Shown: positions 34,164 to 40,080 of the stretch, in pieces
How the letters are laid out: each line of letters starts with the position of its first letter
Position numbering within the stretch: the stretch's first letter is position 1
Virus record (IMG/VR): IMGVR_UViG_3300019781_000026
Span: 1-40,080 of that record
DNA from: a virus
Taxonomy: Duplodnaviria; Caudoviricetes
Strand: one strand, 5' to 3'
DNA length: 40,080 nt
Made by a program: the position numbers and the translations under genes
The notes under the pieces: model-generated
The model's input: the letters and a program-made list of their open reading frames with translations, nothing else
Databases searched by the model: none
What the model was told of the DNA's origin: nothing

Positions 34164-34553
34164 CTAAACTATATTCATGCCGGTAATCTGTAGCGGCCCG
34201 CCATCAGCCCCGGTCAGTTCGGTTCGTTCTGCGTATCCACGTTTGCGGCCTTTAGTCCGAAGGTAAAAGGTAATAGCTTGGTCAGAGGGTGGGACCGTGT
34301 AAATATGCTCAGTAGTTTTGTCTTGAACCATAACCCCGTTAACCTTTTCAAACAGTTTGCTTTCTACAAAGTCAATAGCTGATTCTTGGATTTCATCACA
34401 AGCCTCTTTAAATTCTAAGTCGTTTTTAAGCCATTCGTAGAAGGTTGACCGGGCTATGCCTGCATCATGGCAAGCGTTGGTGATAATGCCGTGACGGGCT
34501 TCTAATGCTTCCAGAACAGCCTTCTTTATGTCCGATTGTAGCCTATCTTCCAT
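34164..34553 (-). CDS. terS: Terminase small subunit
   Basis: HTH (ACHDAGIARSTFYEW), AITFYLRTKGRKRGY and ELTGADGGP motifs. Confidence 0.8.
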   Translation of the reverse strand: MEDRLQSDIKKAVLEALEARHGIITNACHDAGIARSTFYEWLKNDLEFKEACDEIQESAIDFVESKLFEKVNGVMVQDKTTEHIYTVPPSDQAITFYLRTKGRKRGYAERTELTGADGGPLQITGMNIV

Positions 34554-34800
34554 ATTTCAAATTTACATACTTTTCTTCAATTACAAAATCTTCGTTTATG
34601 TCGGGGCCGTAGCGGGCGGCTACTTTGAACGGGTAGATAGAGCCCGCAAAGATGCGGACTCCTCGATGTAATGCTGTAATAAGTTTCCGGGTGTTGTCCA
34701 CGTTGTAGAATTTATACAGGTGTTTGGTGGCAAGTTGAACGGTTCTGAAAGTCCCGATCAGTTCCTTTGCTTCGGCGTTGTAAAGTTTGATGGAGGGCAT
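34543..34800 (-). CDS. Hypothetical protein, possibly NUMOD1-like DNA-binding
   Basis: LYN....LIGTFRTVQLATKHL pattern. Confidence 0.55.
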   Translation of the reverse strand: MPSIKLYNAEAKELIGTFRTVQLATKHLYKFYNVDNTRKLITALHRGVRIFAGSIYPFKVAARYGPDINEDFVIEEKYVNLKYGR

Positions 34801-34837
34801 ATAATGGTTTTATAATTAAGTTGCAGAAAACCGCAAA

Positions 34838-35137
34838 GGGTAAGAACTATTGAAATTATGTTACCCGGCTACAATTCAATATGGGTAAGGGTTTCAGCGT
34901 TTTCGGGTAAGATAGGTAGGATAAAAAGCGTTTTTTCACACTTTCCTATATCCATAATACACCCCCTCCCTATTACGCTATATGTAACGCTGTATATTAT
35001 GTATATTAACCCTTGTGTATTTTATATATATTATCTTACCTATCTTACCCAAGTAGGTATAATATATTAATAATCAAAGAACTAAGGTGGTAAGATAGCC
35101 ATGTTTTTTATGTTACCCGGCTCTTACCCTTCTTACC
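34838..35137. repeat. Candidate replication origin (GGTAAG/CTTACC iteron-like repeats)
   Basis: 20-bp inverted repeat 34905-34924 / 35031-35050 (19/20), 15-bp direct repeat TTATGTTACCCGGCT at 34856 and 35108, further GGTAAG/CTTACC copies, AT-rich core; directly downstream of the primase. Confidence 0.7.
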
Positions 35138-35140
35138 ACA

Positions 35141-37276
35141 CTAAAACGTTATTCCTGAACCATTTGGGATAAATGAGCCTTTCAGCTTGTCTTTTTCCTC
35201 AATTAAGTACACATAATTGCCCGATCTTTTTACCCGTTCAAACTTCAATCTTTTCAATTCCATCCCGATTCTTCGCAGGGAATACTTTTGGACAGTTTTT
35301 GTCTCCAAAATGTTTTTAACCTCCGAAGTGGTGAGAAAATAATCGGTGGAATGAGTAAAGAACTTCTGCAGCATTTCGTTTTCAAGTGACACCTCTTGAA
35401 ACTTATCTGTATTTGTTGCCAAGCGGTCAATATCTTCCCGGCTTAATTGCCAATCGTAACCCGATTTGTAAAGGTGCCAGGCTTCCATAATCAGGGACGT
35501 TTTATTGATGGCGTTCATGCTGACTATGTTTACCCCGGTTATTTCAATAGGAATAAGGCGGCGGTTTCCGGTCGGGTCATTAAGTATTTCTAAATCATTA
35601 GTGGTTCCACAAAGAACGGCTAACCGGTCAAGGTCAACGTTCATTTTACCGTAAGGCTCCCGGAGTGTAAACGTTTGTTTAGATAACATGGATTTAAGGT
35701 GCAGGGCATCTTTTTTAGACTTGCCCCCGCATTCGTCATCCATCACTATTAACTTTTGTGTCAGCATTAAATTAAAATCGGTGTCTTTCATTCCAGGGGA
35801 CATTTCGGCGTAATAGCTGCGAAGTTCTGCAGGAAGTAAACGGCGGAAGGCTTCTGTTTTCCCGGTGCCTTGTTTTTCCCCGGCGAAGATCAACATTAAG
35901 GGGGAGTGGTTGCCGTAAGCGGAGGCAATTATTGAAACCAGCCACTTTTTACCGAAATACTTTATTTCGTCTTTAGTCTCGAAGCAGCCGAAAAAAGCAT
36001 CAATAACTCCTTCGTGGTTGTTTTCTTTATTCGCATTGAACCAGTCATGCAGCGGGTTATAATCGATTGTGTTGTTGCTGAAAAGAACTTTACAGAATAG
36101 TTCAAAGGTTAGTTTATCGAACATGATAAGGCAATCGAGATACATGGTGTTAAGATGAATTTCATCTAATATCTTACCATCGTTTTCAAGTTTGCGGGTA
36201 ATAACATTCCGTTTTAATTTGTAGTGATGCTTCAGGTGCATTCTTAAACGGTCAACTAAAGGGGCCGCTTCGTTCGTATCGTTGGCGAAGGCTTGCTGAA
36301 TAATGTCATCTACCCCCGTTATGCCTTCGAACTTTTCTAAATTGGTGGCGATTGTTTTAGCATCCAGACCTGACTTTTTCATGCTGCTGGTTGCGGATGC
36401 AATTTTCTTTGTCCGTTCGGACGTGGTGTTTATTCCTGCCTGCTTTGCGTGCCAGTATATAGTTGCTATCGTTATTTTGTTTCCAGGTCTGCCGTTGCGT
36501 TGTAAAGATTGTGTGTACTGCTTATCGCATATTGTGGGGTCATATTTCGAAGATACCGAACTAAGGGAGTGGAAGTATTGGCGGCCGGCTTCCCCGAATT
36601 GATCTGCTAACCCGAAACCAATATCCCGCCAATCCCGGTAATCTTCAACACAAGAAACGCCCTGATTAACCATTTTATTCACCACTTCGTCAAATTCCGA
36701 TTGAACGAAAATAGTAATCGGGATAGATTTCTTTTTTGGTTTAGGCAGGTACTTTTTAAACGTAAGGCATTTATCATTAACGTATAAATCAGGGTCATAA
36801 GAAACGAACCTTGCCCGGCTTTCATTAATTCCGGTACTGTCAATCAGTAGTTGATACTTTCTTATAAAATAATCGGCGATAGCCTCAAATGAGTCCCGGT
36901 GTTTTTCGGGGTTGATTTTGAATATTACACAAAGTCCGTTTCCGGAACATGAAGCGAATAAAGAAAATATATACGGGTCCTGTTCCAATAGAACACGGGT
37001 AGATTCAACTTCGCTGTTAAGGTCATCGAGGTCAATAGCGATAAGTCCTGAATGTACTTTACAATCGGTGTCTATTCGTTTGCCGAATACACCCGATATT
37101 GTTACGTTTGGCAGCTTTGTTTTTTCTGCCCTGCGGATTTCTTTATCCTGAATGGTACGAATTTTTAGAACGGCATCCTGCCATTTACCTTCTTTTATAT
37201 CAGAAAGGAACTCAAGTATAGTGGTGAACTCTTTACTTTCTGTTTGCTTTACGTTGGAGTAAATGGAGATGTTCAT
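35141..37276 (-). CDS. Primase-helicase (BT4734/VirE-N-like, PriCT-2, VapE/VirE ATPase)
   Basis: HSGLIAIDLD and SCSGNG primase motifs; YRDWRDIGFGL PriCT-2; Walker A QGTGKT, VMDDE, REPYG and GTTN...L.DPTGNRR. Confidence 0.9.
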   Translation of the reverse strand: MNISIYSNVKQTESKEFTTILEFLSDIKEGKWQDAVLKIRTIQDKEIRRAEKTKLPNVTISGVFGKRIDTDCKVHSGLIAIDLDDLNSEVESTRVLLEQDPYIFSLFASCSGNGLCVIFKINPEKHRDSFEAIADYFIRKYQLLIDSTGINESRARFVSYDPDLYVNDKCLTFKKYLPKPKKKSIPITIFVQSEFDEVVNKMVNQGVSCVEDYRDWRDIGFGLADQFGEAGRQYFHSLSSVSSKYDPTICDKQYTQSLQRNGRPGNKITIATIYWHAKQAGINTTSERTKKIASATSSMKKSGLDAKTIATNLEKFEGITGVDDIIQQAFANDTNEAAPLVDRLRMHLKHHYKLKRNVITRKLENDGKILDEIHLNTMYLDCLIMFDKLTFELFCKVLFSNNTIDYNPLHDWFNANKENNHEGVIDAFFGCFETKDEIKYFGKKWLVSIIASAYGNHSPLMLIFAGEKQGTGKTEAFRRLLPAELRSYYAEMSPGMKDTDFNLMLTQKLIVMDDECGGKSKKDALHLKSMLSKQTFTLREPYGKMNVDLDRLAVLCGTTNDLEILNDPTGNRRLIPIEITGVNIVSMNAINKTSLIMEAWHLYKSGYDWQLSREDIDRLATNTDKFQEVSLENEMLQKFFTHSTDYFLTTSEVKNILETKTVQKYSLRRIGMELKRLKFERVKRSGNYVYLIEEKDKLKGSFIPNGSGITF

Positions 37277-37290
37277 AAATTAAAGAAGAT

Positions 37291-37374
37291 AAAAAAGCCC
37301 CGGACGTAGGAGTGTCGCAGGGCTGGTAATAAATCTTACCACCACCGTCTTAAGCTCCTACCCAAAAGACGGCG
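37291..37374 (-). promoter_or_regulatory. Structured primase leader RNA: three hairpins ending in a terminator, loops 1 and 3 complementary
   Basis: CGCCGTCTT[TTGG-GTAGGAG-CTT]AAGACGGTG; TGGTAA[N6]TTACCA; AGCCCTG.GAC[A-CTCCTAC]GTC-CGGGGCT-TTTTT. Confidence 0.7.
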
Positions 37375-37383
37375 ATTATTATG

Positions 37384-37983
37384 CTAAGTTACTAAATCAT
37401 ACTGAATAAAGAACTCCTCAACGGTTTTAATAAACAAATATTCGCCGCCTGCTTTACGTTCAAGTGCTTGCTCTTTAAGTTGCGCCGGGGAAGGTTTGTC
37501 AGATCCAATTTTGATTTCAAACATAACCGACTTGCCTTTAATGGTACTGCTTATATCAGCCGAACCTTTGCGGGTAGAACCTGGAATGAATATACCGTTC
37601 ACTTGCCTGCCTGCCGAACTAATACGAGTTGCCCGGCATCCTTGCCATGTTAGGTATTCAATAATGAACTGTGTTAACCCGTTCGCCGTTCCGGTATCTG
37701 GCATCTTCGGCTCAAGATAATGACCATCGCTGAATGTCAGCGGAAACCGTTCTTTAAACCATGCTTTATGAGCATCATTATAACGCTGGATTAACTCAGG
37801 CGGTATCGTTGACCGTTTGCGTTTTACTTTCTTATCTAACGACTTCAACAACTTCTCCGCTTCGTGTATATCGGCGATAGGCAGGCGAACGAGTGCCTTG
37901 TCAGCAGCTACCTGTAAATCTACACGGTTGCATTTGATGGAACGGTGGTGCCAGATTTGATATTTCACCTCGTCTATGGTCAT
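37384..37983 (-). CDS. VRR-NUC (PD-D/ExK) nuclease/resolvase-like protein
   Basis: GSADIS...FEIK...KPSPAQ...AGGEY motifs. Confidence 0.8.
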   Translation of the reverse strand: MTIDEVKYQIWHHRSIKCNRVDLQVAADKALVRLPIADIHEAEKLLKSLDKKVKRKRSTIPPELIQRYNDAHKAWFKERFPLTFSDGHYLEPKMPDTGTANGLTQFIIEYLTWQGCRATRISSAGRQVNGIFIPGSTRKGSADISSTIKGKSVMFEIKIGSDKPSPAQLKEQALERKAGGEYLFIKTVEEFFIQYDLVT

Positions 37984-38213
37984 AGTACAGCTACCCGGTA
38001 CGAAGTAGGGGTATTGTATTTTGGTGTAAAATTACCAAGTGATGGGCGGGCTTCTTGTATAGTGTTTATTATAGCTGATTCGTCTACCCACCGTTCGTTT
38101 TTGAACGTAATATTATCTCCTTCCTTTAATTCTTTATAGGTAACAATTCTTAGTTGCCCATCTTTGTATCTTCTTAATAACTGCTCTGAGTTGTAAACGC
38201 TTAAATTTTCCAT
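37980..38213 (-). CDS. Hypothetical protein
   Basis: 77 aa, coupled. Confidence 0.6.
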   Translation of the reverse strand: MENLSVYNSEQLLRRYKDGQLRIVTYKELKEGDNITFKNERWVDESAIINTIQEARPSLGNFTPKYNTPTSYRVAVL

Positions 38214-38223
38214 GTTGTTAATT

Positions 38224-38979
38224 TTAAATTGGTTTAAATAAATCTCCTTGCATTATCGCATTATTGTACCGCTTAACGGCGGCTTCGTAATAGTCTTTAT
38301 CCAATTCACACAATATACAGTTTCTACCTTCTAATTCTGCCGCTACTGCTGTCGTTCCACTTCCCCCGTAACCATCAAAAACTAAATCACCAGGATTGCT
38401 ATATGTTTTAATGAGGTAACGAATAAGAGGTAAAGGTTTTTGGGTGGGGTGGTCGCTTTCGGTAGTTCGATTGCCATTAGTAAAATCTAATACTGATATG
38501 GGATTTCTTATACCGCCGTCATCATATCTACCTGCGCCATCTTCTTTAAACTTTCCGTAGTTTGAATTTGTACGGGTATTATTTCGGATGCCATATTTTC
38601 TAACACCCGTTCCTTTTTGGGGGTTAAAAGTCGGTAGTGTATTATAGAAAACAAGTATAGATTCATGATTTCTCATAGGCATTTTATTCGCATTAAGAAA
38701 ACCAGTACCCAAAGCCTTGTACCAAATCAAATCGTACTTAAACATCTTCCTATTGCTATTTATCAGGTCTGCAGCAAATGGTTGAGTTGCGAAAAATATA
38801 AATGCTGCATTCGATTTTCCAACCCGCAACCATTCCGGCCACATCTTCTTGAGGTCAGGCGCTATGTCCCAATCGTTTTGAGTAACGCCAAAAGGGGTGT
38901 CCTGTAAAAATAGGTCAACCGTTCCCGCCTCCATTGTTAGTAGCTTTTCGTAACAATCAATATTCAGTAGTTCAATCAT
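38224..38979 (-). CDS. DNA N6-adenine/N4-cytosine methyltransferase, beta class (start revised to 38979)
   Basis: DLFLQDTPF (DPPY variant), HE.I.VF, HPTQKP and DGYGGSGTT motifs. Confidence 0.85.
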   Translation of the reverse strand: MIELLNIDCYEKLLTMEAGTVDLFLQDTPFGVTQNDWDIAPDLKKMWPEWLRVGKSNAAFIFFATQPFAADLINSNRKMFKYDLIWYKALGTGFLNANKMPMRNHESILVFYNTLPTFNPQKGTGVRKYGIRNNTRTNSNYGKFKEDGAGRYDDGGIRNPISVLDFTNGNRTTESDHPTQKPLPLIRYLIKTYSNPGDLVFDGYGGSGTTAVAAELEGRNCILCELDKDYYEAAVKRYNNAIMQGDLFKPI

Positions 38980-39030
38980 TCCCGTAATTTTACCCCGGCC
39001 TGTCACGCCGGGGCGGTTAGTAGTAAGAGG

Positions 39031-39288
39031 TTAAAAAGGGAGATCTGAATTATCAGCAGCGGGCGGCGCATCTTTTGCGGTGGCCTTCGTTATCTTGCCA
39101 TCGGTCCAAAACACTTTGCCGTTCCCGATATAGGTTTTCGGGGCTTTAGCATCCCGTTGCTCTTTGGTTTGTTCCGCATACATCGAAACGTTCTGCCCGA
39201 ACTTGTTTGTTTCATCATTAACGGCAATCGTATAATTTTTATACGTTCCGTCCGGTTGTTTAAATCCAATACTTATTAATGCTGCCAT
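39031..39288 (-). CDS. Single-stranded DNA-binding protein-like
   Basis: Beta-rich, YIGNGK motif, acidic DLPF tail; near erf. Confidence 0.65.
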   Translation of the reverse strand: MAALISIGFKQPDGTYKNYTIAVNDETNKFGQNVSMYAEQTKEQRDAKAPKTYIGNGKVFWTDGKITKATAKDAPPAADNSDLPF

Positions 39289-39580
39289 TGTTTAGCCGGT
39301 TAAGAGAGCCGGTATCTTTTATTGAATGATTAATACATTTATTCCCAAATAGTTTCTCCCGAATTGATAACGTCCTGCCGCAATCGAAATGAGAACAAAT
39401 GTCAGGTTCCCTGGTTGACACCGGCTGAAACGGTATCGGCTTTAATTTATAGCTTTCATCATTAGCGATCCTTACAACGGACGAATAAGATACGGAAAAT
39501 TTGCGGGCCGTTTCCACCCACGGATTACTTTTTGAATGAAAGTAAATATCAATTCTTGTATCTATTGGTATCGGTGTCAT
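39260..39580 (-). CDS. HTH plus zinc-finger protein
   Basis: TARKFSVSYSSVVRI HTH; CSHFDCG...KCINH. Confidence 0.6.
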   Translation of the reverse strand: MTPIPIDTRIDIYFHSKSNPWVETARKFSVSYSSVVRIANDESYKLKPIPFQPVSTREPDICSHFDCGRTLSIREKLFGNKCINHSIKDTGSLNRLNNGSINKYWI

Positions 39581-39592
39581 AATTGGTTGAAT

Positions 39593-39635
39593 AAAAACCC
39601 CGGCTATTACTTAACCCAAGTTATTCGCCGGGGGT
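39593..39635 (-). terminator. Terminator-like hairpin downstream of erf
   Basis: CCCCGGC...GCCGGGG followed by TTTTT on the minus strand. Confidence 0.6.
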
Positions 39636-39715
39636 GCCAGCATTGTGCTGAAACAAGTTAATCCCGCCCCGGTCCGTCCGGTATTTCAACGGGGAGCAGG
39701 GCGTAATATTCTTTA

Positions 39716-40080
39716 TTATCCATTGGTTTGAAATTTAAGTAATTCGGCCTTAACTTTCTTAACGTCTGTCGGTGTTTTGCATTGAGTAACGGCGATCTCG
39801 GCGGACTCCTTTCTCTTATCATCCATTGTAGAGGTTTTAATTAAGTCAGCCAATTCCTGCATTTCTACTCTTGTTGGTTGCCAAGTGGCGGCAGGGGCTT
39901 TCCCTGTTGCGGCGTTGGCATCATCATCTTCCGTTCCGATATTAGTAATAGAAGATAAAGCATACCGCCGGGCATAAGATAACCCGCTACCATGTCGCTG
40001 GGCATCGTTCACTTTATCAACTACTATGCGGGTAAGGCTGCTGATATATTCCCCGGATTCGTGCAGCAATATCGTTTCTA
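39716..40080 (-). CDS. erf: ERF-family recombinase, 3' part (joins 1-338)
   Basis: Q..GS.LSYARRYAL and EDDD motifs; in frame across the terminal repeat. Confidence 0.9.
   Translation of the reverse strand, partial: ETILLHESGEYISSLTRIVVDKVNDAQRHGSGLSYARRYALSSITNIGTEDDDANAATGKAPAATWQPTRVEMQELADLIKTSTMDDKRKESAEIAVTQCKTPTDVKKVKAELLKFQTNG
39954..40080. repeat. Terminal direct repeat, copy 2
   Basis: Identical to 1-127. Confidence 0.95.

Noticed and set aside
34858-35070. 70-aa + strand ORF in the primase-terS gap
   Set aside because: It runs through the repeat array against the local gene direction; more likely non-coding origin DNA.
34838-35137. Possible CRISPR mini-array
   Set aside because: The repeats are short, in mixed orientation and irregularly spaced; there is no repeat-spacer periodicity and no cas gene.
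38993-39013. CCCCGGC/GCCGGGG hairpin before the methyltransferase
   Set aside because: No U-tract and no complementary partner loop, so it is not called as a terminator or kissing-loop leader.
39954-40080. 127-bp terminal repeat as a biological DTR or att site
   Set aside because: It falls in the middle of erf and its length equals a common assembly k-mer, so a circular assembly overlap is the simpler explanation.
1-40080. Impression that CCGG is frequent, as a possible methyltransferase target signature
   Set aside because: It cannot be quantified by eye; it needs a k-mer observed/expected calculation.

Overview
The window is an apparently complete ~39,953-bp circular (or circularly permuted) tailed-phage genome. 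Bases 1-127 are repeated exactly at 39954-40080, and an ERF recombinase gene runs across the join. It has HK97-type head genes and a non-contractile, siphovirus-like tail. Promoters of the TTTG-N20/21-TAnnTTTG type, AT-rich translation starts and a BT4734/VirE-type primase point to a Bacteroidota host. A short + strand arm (470-6263) carries small early genes, a C5-methyltransferase and a UDG-like protein. The - strand carries recombination/replication genes, TerS, a five-gene glycan cassette, TerL, head, tail, fibre and an expanded lysis module. I saw no integrase, tRNA or CRISPR array. The most unusual features are: (1) tail-fibre-position proteins with Sec signal peptides, the largest carrying a dense cluster of Bacteroidota O-glycosylation sequons; (2) two leader RNAs in which an upstream hairpin loop is complementary to a terminator loop, with different loop sequences in each; (3) a membrane-anchored PAS protein inside the lysis cassette; (4) a compact three-promoter switch with two operator-like motifs; (5) orphan gene tails suggesting shuffling of early genes. 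All family assignments come from motifs recognised by eye, not from database searches.
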